NCBI GenBank assembly: GCA_951406725.2
Contig: CATOCA020000001.1
Location: 4,092,001 to 4,156,000 of the forward strand
Direction of reading: 5' to 3'
DNA from: Octopus vulgaris
Taxonomy: Eukaryota
Length of the DNA: 64,000 nucleotides
How positions within the stretch are numbered: the first letter of the stretch is position 1; each line of letters starts with the position of its first letter. Of the stretch, positions 13,865 through 32,963 are shown piece by piece. The notes below the pieces were generated by a model. That model did not search any database. It worked only from the letters and a program-made list of their open reading frames with translations, and had not been told where the DNA came from. The position numbers were made by a program, and so were the translations under genes.

Positions 13865-14246
13865 TACTCTTTACTCTCTCTTTTACTCTTTTACTTGTTT
13901 CAGTCATTTGACTGCGGCTATGCCGGAGCACCACCTTTTAGTACTTATTCTATCGGTCTCTTTTTGCCGAACCGCTAAGTGACGGGGACCCAAATACACC
14001 AGCATCGGTTGTCAAGCTATGCTAGGGGGACAAACACAGACACACAAACACACACACACACATACATATATATACATATATACGACAGGCTTCTTTCAGT
14101 TTCCGTCTACCAAATCCACTCACAAGGCTTTGGTCGGCCCGGGGCTATAGCAGAAGACACTTGCCCAAGATGCCACGCAGTGGGACTGAACCCGCAACCG
14201 TGTGGTTGGTTAGCAAGCTACTTACCACACAGCCACTCCTGCGCCT
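13865..14246 (-). mobile_element. tRNA-derived SINE (abundant octopus-type family)
   Basis: Minus-strand head AGGCGCAGGAGTGGCTGTGTGGTAAG...GGGTTCAGTCCC with A/B boxes, internal (TG)/(TA) tract and TGACTGAAACAAGTAAAAGAG tail. Many copies in the window. Confidence 0.85.
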
Positions 14247-15379
14247 ATATGTTATGTGTAGAAGTGTTCGATATTTATTGATAATGTGTTCTAAATAGTT
14301 CGATCTCTTATTTACATTGAATTCTAATTGGATATCTTCAGAGTCTGCGCAGTAAAACAGATTTTATTTAACACAACGGAATGTAATACAGTTGAAAGCA
14401 AAAAGGGATACAAGAAGAGTTACTACCCTTGGTTTGTCTGTCTTGTTTCCTCCCACTCCAATATTCCTCACCTCTCACTCTCCCTCGCTTAAGACAACGC
14501 CCTTTCTCTCTCTCTAACACTCCCACCTCATTATATAATCCAATAAGACTCCGCCCCTTTTACTTTCTTTATTACCTCTTACTCTTCCTCTATTAATATA
14601 TTTATTCGTTCGCCATCAATTTCTCTCTCTCTCTCTCTCTATCTTTTATCTGTCCCTCCCTCCCCCCTCATTATATGCTTCCTCTCACTTGTTCTCACTC
14701 TCCCTCTCTTTCACCTTTTCTATCTCTCACTTCTCCCTCTTTCTCTCCTTCCTCTCAGTAACTCGTTATTTATTTATTTTAACCACTCCGCCTCCCTTGC
14801 AATATCGCTCACCTCATCCTCCCCCTCACTCACCAAACATATATATATCAGTCTCTCTCCCCCTCTCTCTCTCTATGTCTCTTTCTCTCTCTCTCTTTCA
14901 CTGCATTACTTAATATCCTATCACTCCTCCTCTTTTACTTTCACCCTTGCCTCATACTTTCCCTTTTATGCAAATCTTATATTTCACTCCCTTTCTGACT
15001 TCTATTTCTCTCTCTCACTTTCTCTCTCTCTTTCTTTCTCTCTCTCTCCCTCTACCCCTCTCTGCCATCTTCATTTCTCTCTCTCACATCCCTTTCTCTC
15101 TCTCTCCCTTTGTCTGTATGTCTCTGTGAATATCTGATTCTCTCTCTCTCTCTCTCTCTCCCCATCTAGTTCTTCCTCATGTTTTCTCTCTCCTTCTCCT
15201 TCTCTCTCTCTCCTTCTCTCCCTCTCTCTTCCCCCTCTATATATTAACACTTCGCCTTTTTCTCTTCGTCTCTCAACTCATACTTTCCCTCTCTACTCAA
15301 AACGTTTTCTTCTATTTCGCTCTTTCTCTCTTCCTCTCCTTCTTCCTCTTTCTCCCTCTCTCACCTCCTCCTCCATTGC

Positions 15380-21370
<5,991 letters not shown>

Positions 21371-21454
21371 TTTCTTTCATTTTGCGCCAACCAAACTCGC
21401 TAACGAGATTTTTTTTATAATGCGAAAACATTTAACAAAATTAATTACCTCAGA

Positions 21455-21715
21455 AAGGCGGTGAACTGGCAGAGTCGTTAACACGCCGGACAAAATGATG
21501 AACAGCATTTAATCCGTCTGTAATTTCTGAGTTCAAATTCTGCCGAGGTCATCTCCATCTTTCATCTTTTCGGTGTTGACATAATATTTTAAATTTAAAC
21601 CTGCTCAAGTTTGTTTCATCTTTCATCCATCTGCAGATCATAAAATAACGCCTCGGTCGCATTCCAGTGTCGATATAATCGATTATGCCCCTCCACGTGC
21701 TTATGGTAGAAATTA
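21455..21715 (+). mobile_element. tRNA-derived SINE, second family (diverged copy)
   Basis: aaggcggtgaactggcagagtcgttaacacgccgg...ctgagttcaaattctgccgaggtc, homologous to 24881-25095. Confidence 0.7.
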
Positions 21716-24700
21716 GGAAATAGTTCAATGAAGCGGAAGGGATTGAAAAGATTAGCCTAACAGACCTTCCTAGGAGGAGAGGGCCGAGTTTATCAAATTA
21801 TTTAGAGTCATCTTCTTGCTCGGTGTGAAGAGCAAGATTCACTTTGTCATTGTGTTTGAGTCGACCCTCCTACATTCTGCTGAATAAGAATTATATAGAC
21901 AGATATTTACAGAAGGGGGTCATACTGAGCTGGGGGTCACTAGTTTCCCTGTATATTTCGTTTACCAGGGAATCCAGAAAAGTCAGACGGGACCTGGCTG
22001 TATTGCGGCGAGATTTACCAAACACTCGTGATTCAATATGATACAGCTGGATTTTCTGCCAGAAAGTTGAGTGAATGTCAGTGAACATACAAATATTTTA
22101 CATTGTAGAAAGGAGAATTCGAAACTGAAACTCCTCAATAACTCCATTCATTTTAGCAACGCCATCTTAGAACTGACAGCTTGTTTTTTATCGGTTAGTC
22201 CTGTCTTACCTATAAAAGTAAGATCATTTCCTCTGTCCCTCAGCCGATTGCACGTTCTACATCACACACTTCCATTAAACATTCTTTGATTACATTATCA
22301 GATGAATGACATATATTCACAGAATCTTGTGTAGCTTCACCCCCCAGAAAACATAAACCTTTTGTTCCTGCCGAGATTTCATTTAATATTTTCTTCTTTA
22401 AGTAGATAACTTCTTGAGTTATTTCAATAATTTCAGAGTATTGACATCCACCGTTTGTTTGTAGACGAGTTACTTTGTACAGCATCCAGATGGTCCTTAA
22501 TAATTGTTATATTTGTCAAAACCTTGAATCCCAGTTTCCTCTGTTTAAACGTATTTATATCTCATCCTCACTAAATATAAAAACAGCTTTACCATCTTGG
22601 GTGATAATATTTCTTTATTTCCCTCTCATTCGAAAAGAACGAGACAAAAGCGATCTCTTACACACGACTCGAAATGCTGTTTGCTGGAACGTGCTTTCTA
22701 GAGAAGTCCTTCCACTGCCATTTAATGCGTCTCTTTTTGTATAAGAAACGATCTGCCATTCGAGGTGTGGTGCAGCGCCGTGTAGCACGATGTTACACAG
22801 TTTAGAGCGATGCAGTGTGGTTTAGCACTTGTAACGATATTAGTCTCCTCCGCCAATTTTGTCTTCTCTTTCTTCAGCATTGACCAGGAATTTCGTCGAG
22901 ACAGAGGTTTTGCTGAGTGACCGACGAGTACTTGAACACTTACACTGACTCACACTCTGGCAATTAACATCGTCCTTCGTTCCTGGACAGATACAAATCA
23001 ATCAAGAAATAAATAAAGACAAACTGTCCTGCACACCGTTGCACATGCCGGATAATGCAATGTCCAGCTGAAATCTGGGCAGTCATGTATGTATTCCACC
23101 GCGTACCCAAAGCTTGGGTCTGGTTCACCAGTAGCCAGATCATACGTGTATGTCCATGTATAATTCTTGCCGTCGAAATATCTGGGTTTGTTGCCATTTT
23201 CGCCTGACCCCCAACAGTAAGAAAACCTCACAGACAAATGCAAAAGCATGAGATTCTTCTAATAAAGATTGTAAGCGTCCTTTCATTGGGGTTGGTAGCA
23301 GGTGACAGAAATGTATGTGAGATCGTCTCTATGGAAAGCAGCTTGACAAATCCTCACACGGGGCTCTTCTACTTTGCCCCTTTCCCGTTTGTGTTGAGCA
23401 TGTTCCATAACGGAATCAATGTCGTTATGTACCAATTTGGAAACGTGCGTGAAAGGAGCAGAGTTCGTCATCGCGCGACAGACGGAATCTGGGTCCTTGG
23501 CAATAACTTTAGTGAGCAGCGCAAAATGCAGAAGTCATGTCGTCGGATAAAACTAAAATCGGTGCACCAGGTAACATCGCAACCCTTAGTGTGGATCAAA
23601 GTGGATAGCTGCTCTACAAAGTACATCACACCCAAACAGTAAATGCAGTCGTATGCAGACATCATTTTAGTCACGAATGTACAGTCAACCGCGTGAATTT
23701 CGGTTTCATTTATACGAACGACGAAAGTATTTCCCGCCCTTTGACTTCCCCTGTTGCGTGATTTAGCTTGTTGATCACGATGTAGCTTGGTGTAATGCGG
23801 TGTTGTGCGGTGCAATGGGGAGAAGCGCAGCAAAATCTTCATAGCCCTGTTGTGTGCCAGATGAGATCCAACAGATGCTTGCTGTTCGTCACTTCAAACT
23901 GTGGGTCTTTGTGGTATGCAAGCAATCATTTTCGACTCAATTTATACGAAGGAAAGGGTGACCACGAGTTTGGTGGTTAACAATTTCGTCGGACGACCAA
24001 GTGGACATTATCAGTGGTGGGCCGCTGTTCAAGTGGTTTGAAGGACACACGAACACACACGACACGTCTGTGTCTTCGCAATTAGCCGGAGAGGGTTGAA
24101 GATGCCGATGTACTGGCGGCCACTGGATGCGGTAATTCACGCGGTCTCCCCGCTCGCCACCAGACGTTTATTTTCCGTATTTGGACGTATCAACAGCTAG
24201 CAGGTAGAATAAGAGACGGACATACACAGAAGGTGTCCGTCGGCGAACTGTTGGGCAACGAATAGAGATAGAGAGGGAGGATCTTCCTATGAGAGGCCGT
24301 TATTTGACGAGCAATTGATGACGACTCTGAACCTTTGCTACACTCGCACGCTTCAATTACTGAAACGGACTCGTCCCCTAATAAACTCGATACACTTGGC
24401 TATTAAGCAAGGAAAAGTGGCCACGAAACCGGCCGCACCCGTCGGATGTTACTCTGACCACCTTCATTTCACAGATGTGTCTGCACATTCATCACTCTTT
24501 CCAGCTTCCCACTCCAATTTCGAACACTCTTACCACTGAACTGGGATGTTTCGCCAAGACAGTTCTTCTGTGTGTGCCCCCATCTGCATTCGATCCACTT
24601 GCCGCTATCCTTGTCCCAGAAGTATAGTAAAACCGTTAGTCTCACGTGCTCCAACAGATGTCTGCTCCTTCGTACTGAATTTGACCGAAGAAAACGTAAA

Positions 24701-24880
24701 TATTTGAGTTGTCATCGTCCGATAAATATAATAATCCGCCAGTTTCACTGTACCTTACAGACATCTGTTTATTATCATTACTTTTTTGTGTGCTCGATCC
24801 GGCTGACAAAACCGCGGTCATCTCTCGAAGGGAACAGCTACGTTCACGCTAACTGTTGCATATCCATTATGAGTTGATGG

Positions 24881-25095
24881 AAGGCAGCAAGCTGGCACAA
24901 TCGTTAGCAAGCTAGACGAAATGCTTTGAGGTATTTCGCCCGTCGATACGTTCTGAGTTCAAATTCCGCCGAGGTCGACTTTGTCTTTCATCCTTTCGGG
25001 GTTGATAAATTAAGTACCAGCTGAGTACTGGGGTCGATGTAATCGACTAGTCCCCTCCCACCCAAATTTCAGGCCTTGTGACTATAATAGAAAGA
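24881..25095 (+). mobile_element. tRNA-derived SINE, second family (central domain resembles the Meta domain)
   Basis: B box GAGTTCAAAT followed by gtcgactttgtctttcatcctttcggggttgataaattaagtaccag. A partial copy lies at ~10625-10762. Confidence 0.75.
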
Positions 25096-25239
25096 AATAT
25101 AAATTGATGGATCACAAGGACAGGAGTCGATTCCCTGATGTCAGCTCGTGTCAGGATTTATGTGTGCGTGTCCATTAAACCCATTTTTTTTATCACAACA
25201 GAAACTGCTGTAACCCTAATCTACTCAATACGAAAGATA

Positions 25240-25444
25240 TACTCTTTACTCTTTTACTTGTTTCAGTCATTTGACTGCGGCCATGCTGGAGCACCGCCTT
25301 TAATCGAGCAACTCGACCCCGGGACTTATTCTTTTTGTAAGCCCGGTACTTATTCTATCGCTCTCTTTTTGCCGAACCGCTAAGTGACGGGGACGGAATC
25401 ACACCAGCATCGGTTGTCAAGCAATGCTAGGGGAACAAACACAG

Positions 25445-25479
<35 letters not shown>

Positions 25480-25799
25480 ACAGGCTTCTTTCAGTTTCCG
25501 TCTACCAAATCCACTCACAAGGCATTGGTCGGCCCGGGGCTATAGCAGAAGACACTTGCCCAAGATGCCACGTATATATATATACGCCTATATATATACT
25601 CTTTTACTGTTTTACTTGTTTCAGTCATTTGACTGCGGCCATGCTGGAGCACCACCTTTAGTCGAGCAAACCGACCACGGAACTTATTCTTTGTAAGCCC
25701 AGTACTTATTCTATCGGTCTCTTTTGCCGAACCGGTAAGTGACGGGAATGTATACACACCAGCATCGGTTGTCAAGCAATGCTAGGGGAACAAACACAG

Positions 25800-25831
<32 letters not shown>

Positions 25832-26194
25832 TTCAGTTTCCGTCAACGAAATCCACTCACAAGGCTTTGGTCGGCCCGAGGCTATAGTAGAAGCCCAGTA
25901 CTCATTCTATCAGTCTCTTTTGCCGAACTGCTAAGTAACGGGGACATAAACACACCAGCATCGGTTGTCAAGCAATGCTAGGGGGACAAACACAGACACA
26001 CAAACACACACACATATATATACATATATACGACAGGCTTCTTTCAGTTTCCGTCTACCAAATCCACTCACAAGGCATTGATCGGCCCGGGGCGATAGCA
26101 GAAGACACTTGCCCAAGATGCCACGCAGTGGGACTGAACCCGGAACCATGTGGTTGTTTAGCAAGCTACTTACCACACAGCCACTCCTGCGCCT
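25240..26194 (-). mobile_element. Concatemer of partial and complete copies of the abundant SINE
   Basis: The same SINE segments recur three times (ttttacttgtttcagtcatttgactgcggcc; caccagcatcggttgtcaagcaatgctaggg). There is one head, at 26194. Confidence 0.85.
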
Positions 26195-27229
26195 ATGAGC
26201 TGGAAATTTCCTTTAAAATATCTTCAATTTTCTGAACGTTATAAGAAAACAAATTCGGAGCGGAGCACAGTGATACAACAAAATGATAAATGATACGACA
26301 AAATGTCTACAAGTTTTAGATAGATATCTAACATTGACAGTCGGAGCTTGTGTATTTTCAAACCTCAATTGATTTACTTCAATTTTTACATCAGATAATT
26401 GTGCTGTGTTTCAAACCTACGCTTCTTATTGTTCTTTCGTTTTATGCTTACCTACAATAGCCACATAACTTTACTGGTCAGCCAAATCTCTCCAAATATA
26501 TGATAAATGCTAAATCAGTTCCATCACCTCAACTTGTTTTCTTATCGATTGAATTTTAATTTCGAGTTCTTGGCTGATCCTTTATTTAGACAAAATCCAA
26601 AGATGACTCAGCAGCTGTGTCCCACAAATAGAATAGAGTTAGACGGTGAATAGGTGACAGACACACACACAAACATGGAAGGTGTCCCCCCGGACATCTG
26701 AGAGAGAGTCACAAACACGGATACTTTAATACAGCGGGGATTGTGTAATACACTGCTGTTTATTTCGTCATATCTTCCCAGCATTATCCATCATTTGCAG
26801 ACGCGGTGTGCCGCGATGTGACTCGGTGTAGTGCCGTGCAGTATGGTGTGACGCAGTATAACCTTCATAGTCTTATTCATCAGCAATTCATTCTCTAAAT
26901 ATATTTTGCTAGCCAGGGCTTCGACCACACGAGGGGACGTTATTTGGCGATGCAAACCCTACATATTCGATAATTGATCACAAAAGACGACTGTGCCCAT
27001 CGGATGTCTCTCTGTCCACCTGCATTTCATAGATATCCCCAAACATTCGTCTCCGCTCTCCATCTCACGCCACTGGACTAAGTCTTTGTTCGGCTAAAGA
27101 TGACAGATTGAGATGTGAGGACATCTGGATGGAAAGCAGCTTGACTGAGCATCATCTAATGGGTGCTGTCAACTCTGAAGCCATTCGAGGAAGTAGAAAG
27201 ATCATCCGGGTTGCCGGATAAAACGATGG

Positions 27230-27680
27230 TCACTACACTGCGCCTTGTGCATCCGGGCAGTTTACCTCGTGGGGAGAGAGTCCTATCCGTTGTCTTGGTA
27301 ATTACAACTTTATTCTTTGCTAGGTTAACTTCATACCCTCTAGATCCCAAACTTTGCTTTCACACCTGAAATGTCTTTACCAATTCTGATACAGGTCCCA
27401 TTATAAGACGAAGGTGATCCTTATATAAAAGTTCTCTAGAGGAGTCACTTGTAAGTTCCTTGTTATGGCCAAGAGGACAATGATAAGCAGGAGACCAAGA
27501 ACCGAACCTCGGTGAAGTACCTGCTCTCTAAATTCATTACCCTACTCATGATTAACTTTCCCCTTGCTGACAAATCCCCTGTTCATGGCTTGTATGCCTT
27601 TCACTAGCCACCCATCTTCCTCTAACTTCCTCAGAGCCCACTAGATCGCAGATGAAGGGACTCTGTTGAAGTCTTCAGTC
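27230..27680 (-). mobile_element. Degenerate RTE-type LINE fragment
   Basis: SRGYEVNLAKNKVVI is homologous to SKGLRVNLAKTKVVI in the element at 43.9-46.0 kb. Confidence 0.7.
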
Positions 27681-28467
27681 CTAAATAACATTTTGATGAA
27701 AATTTATTTGACAGAAAGAAAATTCTTTATTCACGACAAATTGTTTCGTTTCTTGAAACATGGAAATAATTTATATTATTCTCTCTAATAATGAATAAAT
27801 TACAGGCCTGTATTAATGCAAAATGCTAAAATTCCTTTCAAAATAATTCAGAACTTCAGCTACGTCGTCAGATGAAAGAAATATTTTTTTAAATAGTCGG
27901 GTCTCGATGTAGGAAGACAAAGTCAAAATTTTAAAATACTATGTAAGACAATAATAATAAAAATTCATAAAAGTTAATAAAACTATCTCCTAATATATGG
28001 AAGGGAATTTAAGTAATATAATTAAAAATGACATCTATATACTTCTCTGTACCTTTTCAAGTTCCTCAACAAACTCGTGCCATCAGGGTTTCCATTATAT
28101 ATTCTCAAGCGAAAGAAAAGAAGCTGCATTAGGTTTTACAGAAATGTGGATGCTACACATGGCCATTACAATGGCATAGGCTACATCATTGTCTGCTTCT
28201 ACGATCGTGTTATTGCGGCTGAGGTTGTTTGTGGTCCTTTTCTAGGATCAATGCTGGTAATATCAAAGATCCCACATGGGTTTCAATGAATGGAGTTCCC
28301 ATTCACATTTAGCACAGAAACAATTTCATGTAAAGCAGCCTTTGCCCTCCACATGCAACAAAGCACGGTGACAGACGTTTAAACAAATTGGAATATATCT
28401 TCGCACACAATTTGTCTCCCACGTTCAGCTGTATTTTGCATTATCAAGCGTTACGATGAAAGCTAAT

Positions 28468-29370
28468 GGGTCATTCCAAAAGAACTCAGTCAAAGCTGTG
28501 GACGTGCCCAACACAGATTTGGCACAAAATTATTTTGGGAATACCGCTATGTGCACAAGGGACATACTTATGATTTTAGGGTCCAACTCCGAAAGGTTTC
28601 AATGATACACCCCACCAAAATTTGAGAGCTACACCCCTCGGGTTGCTCTAATGTCAGTTTATACAGATTGTGTTGAACACCTTTAATAATAATGATAGTA
28701 TTTGTCTAAGAGTAGCTACTCCGGGTAATCTGAACGTACCCTGTCAGTATCTGCTTTCGGAATTGCTCTATCTTCTTCCATATTCACGTTATTGGTCTCT
28801 CAAATATGAATCCTTTCATAAGCGGACATTTTTAAAAAATCAATATTCGAGGGACCCTCATGGGACCAAGAAGCATAATACAAGCAAACTTCTGCTGAGT
28901 TTCTTCAATTTCAGGACTAATCTGTCCATGATAGGAAGACTGACAATGTACCAGGCATAAACAATATTTAGAGGAGGCCTCTGAATATGGTTCGAGGTGA
29001 ACACAACTCATTCTTCTGACAGGTTTTGCCTCGTAAGTTCACCCTGTGAACAATTAAACAAGGGAATGAAGCTTGTGATGCAGGAATGTATGTATCCATA
29101 CTTTATCCGTTCAAAATTTCAACTGGTTTTCTCATCTCCTTCATACTTAATTCATGTTATTGGCCTACGATTAGTTTTAAAGATCTTCAGCAGCAAATTA
29201 TGTATAAATTGACATCCACTCTCCACGAGGGACTTGGCCCTCAAATTTTGGCGGGGCATATCTTTGAAACCTTTAGGAGTTTGGCTCTATAATTATACGT
29301 GTTGTGTTCCTTGTCCATGTAGAGTTATTGCCAAAACCAATTTGAGCCAAATCTTGTTTTAACATTGGGT
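28468..29370. mobile_element. Non-autonomous DNA transposon with ~200 bp TIRs (Sola2-like family)
   Basis: 28468-28665 (starts GGGTCATTCC) is an inverted repeat of 29200-29365. The right TIR is homologous to 36895-37040, the end of the transposase-bearing copy. Confidence 0.65.
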
Positions 29371-29384
29371 GAGTTAATGAAGGT

Positions 29385-29706
29385 ACTTTCTGTTGGTTAC
29401 GACGACACGGATCCCAGCTGATACGATCAACGGAACAGCTTGTTCGTGAACTTAACGTGCAAGTGGCTGAGTACTCCACAGACACGTGTATCCTTAACGC
29501 ACTTCTCAGGGATATTCAGCGTGACACAATGTGTGACAAGGCCGGCCATTTGAAATACATGTACTACACATTTTTGCCAGCTGAGTGGACTGGATTAACA
29601 TGAAATAAAGTGTCTTCCTCAAGGACACAACGCGTCGCTGGGAATTGAACTCACAACATTACGATCGTGAACCGATTGCCCTAATCACTAAGCCACGCGC
29701 CTTCAC
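29385..29706 (-). mobile_element. tRNA-derived SINE, third family
   Basis: Minus-strand head gtgaaggcgcgtggcttagtgattaggg...gtgagttcaattccc, then ttgtgtccttgaggaagacactttatttc. Absent from the paralogous segment near 37.05 kb. Confidence 0.7.
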
Positions 29707-29964
29707 TGAGCTCCTAATGTAAAATTATTGACTGCAAGAAATGGAAATCCTATATTTACTGACAATTGTGTTTACAAGAAGGAAGGTTCTACTCGAAATC
29801 AAAATGGGATTTTAAGCAAGCTTTACAAAATGGAATTACACACTCCATTTTTATGAAGAAATCCACAAGATATTAAAACTGCCTACATAACAATGGAGGT
29901 GTTTAGGGAGACAGAGGGACTTACAACAACAACATCAACAACAAATGAAATTTCAAAGTTTATC

Positions 29965-29970
29965 TTTATT
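29965..29970 (-). terminator. Candidate polyadenylation signal AATAAA of the ANK-RING-Death gene
   Basis: AATAAA on the minus strand ~240 nt after the stop. The paralogous position in the duplicate near 37340 reads AATAAC. Confidence 0.4.
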
Positions 29971-30207
29971 TCCACAGTTAATCTCTAACAACAAGGGAAA
30001 CAATTGCCCTCAATGTAGTAGACAAATCTGCTAGAATTAGTAGCCGAATCCAACTCAATTCACAATATGTCATCTGAAAGAAGGACACAGTAGACAATGT
30101 GGTATTGAGTTCTCTAAACTTAAGTGAAAGGCAGGATAGTCCTGGATGGAAGGCATTTATCGAATGTAGACTTAGGACACAACAGCAGCGACAGTTTACT
30201 CAAAAAT

Positions 30208-30412
30208 TCAATTTGTGTCTAATGTTAGACGTTCAAGAGCGTCGAAGCACTCGATTTCCGTCAGAGCTTCCATTAATGTTTTAAGTGTACGATTCGCTGG
30301 ATCACAACACTGAAACCATTTATAGAGCATTCTGAAACTTTGTTCTGCTGTATCATTAGGGAAGTCACTCTTGATAATATCCAAGTCAACTTGTTTAATT
30401 CCTAATTCTCTC
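30208..30412 (-). CDS. Death domain terminal exon
   Basis: Acceptor tcttttgcag. Encodes RELGIKQVDLDIIKSDFPNDTAEQSFRMLYKWFQCCDPANRTLKTLMEALTEIECFDALERLTLDTN*, with the Death-domain pattern LG...LD.I..D.P....EQ...ML..W......T...L..AL. Confidence 0.85.
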
Positions 30413-30744
30413 CTGCAAAAGATACAACAATACAAAAATATAATTAAAACAACATTACCGATAATATAACACATGTGTGTGGTGGGTTGTTATAAATATA
30501 GCAAAGAAATTATGTGATTAGAGGAATGAGAAATACTTAAGAAACAGGGAAAATAGAAGACATTGGTCTCTGTTTCTAAAGATGTTGACAAAACTAACAA
30601 ACATTTTGAAATGGAGAAAACATTTTTAAAAAGAATTAACTGAAAGTTACACGAGAAAATGTTTGGTAAAGAGCAGGAAGGAGAAGTGTTTTTCTGTGGG
30701 TAAGAGTGTATGAGAGCCTAGAGAATCAATAGAGACCAACAGTT

Positions 30745-31140
30745 ACACGATTTGATCCATCCATCCATTTTCTCTGTCCTTTATTCATAGAAGGGTTGCT
30801 GGGGTAGAGTCTTTAGGAATCTCCTTCGTCGGGTCCTATCAGAAGATTTTCTGAATCCATTCTCAAAGATGACCAATTGAAACTATGGATTTTATCCAAC
30901 AATCTAGTCTCGATCTACCCCTAGGGGTCTCCTGTCAGTTGGCTCAGCTTCAAGAAGCCGTTTTGCGATTCATTTTTGTGACATTCTAATCACGTTTCTG
31001 TGTTACTGGAGTTCTGACTTCTCAATGCAGAGAAGCAGCCGTTTGACCTGGAGGGACACCCACATCTCCAGCCTACACACCCTGTCGAGTAACGTTACTC
31101 CAGAGACCCTTCAAAAGGAGTCTATTTCCGACGTTTGATA
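30745..31140 (-). mobile_element. 3' remnant of an RTE-type LINE
   Basis: Minus strand reads LLCIEKSEL...IRMSQK...KRLLEAEPTDRRP, the RTE C-terminal pattern, followed by a (GGAT)n tail. Confidence 0.55.
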
Positions 31141-32963
31141 ACATTCCATGGTTTATGCCTCAAATTGTCATATTTACAAATATCTAGAAAGCTGAGGTTG
31201 AAATGTCAAATAATAACAATAATATATGGTACACCTGGACCAATTAAAATAGAAATACATACAATGCATGGTAGAATGATGTCAACCACACAAACAATTT
31301 CATAGTGATTGCTACACATCACATATTATAAAAGGCAACAGCTTAGTCTTTCTGTATTCATGACTCATAATAATGATTTCTTCCACCCTTTAGAGAAATT
31401 CTTATAATGGGGAGGTTTCAAGGTAACCCTTACAATGAGAAGTGTTTTAGCAAAAAACGAAGGCAGGACTCGCCATCTACATGCCAACAACAGTTAGATC
31501 CTGAAGGAACTACTGTATCCATAAATATCTACCTGAACTGGGAAGTTATCATATTCGATATGCAGGAAAAGAAAGGTCGGGGTAATAGGATTTTTTTATG
31601 GTGTATTCAATGCACACAAAGTGTACAGTGGGATCAGAGAGAAGTTGAAAGAAGGCAAGGGGTTTGTAAGTATGAAATATACAAAATGAATCTGAAGTAA
31701 TATCAACTCAGAAAGACGTAGTTGCTGGTTTCTGTTACCTAACAGGTATGATTAGAAGTGGAGGAGACTATGCGGAAAGCATAGTAACTGAACTGCAAAA
31801 TTGTACAGAGAGCTGTTGTGTCTATTTGCATTGAAGGGATTCTGTTTCCAGATGAAGTGCAGAGTGATGTGTAGTTCTAAAGTGCAATATTGCATTGAAT
31901 GTGGAAAATGTATTAAAAACTGGCATGAAATGAGGTGGACATACTTCACTAGGAGTAAAATATTCATGTGTAGAGATGCTGGACAAAAGATGAGCAGGAA
32001 GAAAATCTTTGTCTTCAAAGAAGCAGAGATAGTATTGGGTTGGCAACTAAGTTCTCGCGGTTTTTATAAATTTTGGAATTTATTGCGTTTTTAAATTTTG
32101 GAATCTATTTTTGCTTTTGAGAATTCTATTTTGATTGATTTTGGAATCTATTTTGTTTTCTTTCTAGTTCATTTTAGTTAATGAAAATACTAGGAACATT
32201 GTATAAAAGATACTTTCTGTTGTTAAACTTTGAGACAAGGAGACATGGTTTATTGTGATGTTCATGTCTTTCCAAATGAGGTTTGTAAAGCAAAGAAGAA
32301 GAGTGAAATGATTTCAATTGACAAAGTCAAGTTGTCTTTACAACTTCTGTTAGGATGATTATTTTATATTTTGCATTTCCTTAACTTAATGGGCTGAGTT
32401 CAGGCGACCCTGGAAAATAATCAACATAGGGCCTGTCTGGTTTGAGAGAGGACTATAGGTTGTCCTGGGGCTAAAGGACTACAATAAATATTGAGAAACA
32501 GGCTAACCAGGAGAGTTACTACAACATGTCACACGAGATATACAGTCTCCTGTTAGAATGTTGCATTTGATAATGTGGTCCTGTTCTGCCAAGAAAAGAA
32601 CGGCGTCACACCTGGGACACTTTTCCTCTTAAGTCTTCCAGATTAAGGCATACACCTGCCTAAACAACAACAACAACCTACCAGTATATTAAATAGCAAT
32701 GTAAACAAATAGAAACATTGACATTAACTCACCTGTTTACCTGTAAACAATAATAGAATTTAGTTACCTGTCCCAAACGACACTATTAACTCTTGTGTAT
32801 CTTCTAATTTATCTATTTCACCATACTCGGTGATATTTCAGTAATATCTTTAGCTAACCATTCGAAAGAAAATTAGGAATGGAACCTGTTCTCAGTCATT
32901 CTAACAAACAAAAGTTCAAATAATGGCAAAATTTATAGAAATCAAGTGCTTTTTTTTACTCAC

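Noticed and set aside
22240-22485. ORF with degenerate RING-like spacing (CFLG...CH...KEC...CDVE)
   Set aside because: At least three ligand positions are missing, and there are no convincing splice sites or continuity with the gene.
22998-23249. SYCWG and YLFLD resemblance to a HET domain
   Set aside because: Only two short motifs match, a stop follows immediately, and the region is built from repeated non-coding-looking modules.
32035-32200. Mariner-type TIR start (ttgggttggcaactaag)
   Set aside because: The partner TIR was not found, so the element's extent cannot be supported.
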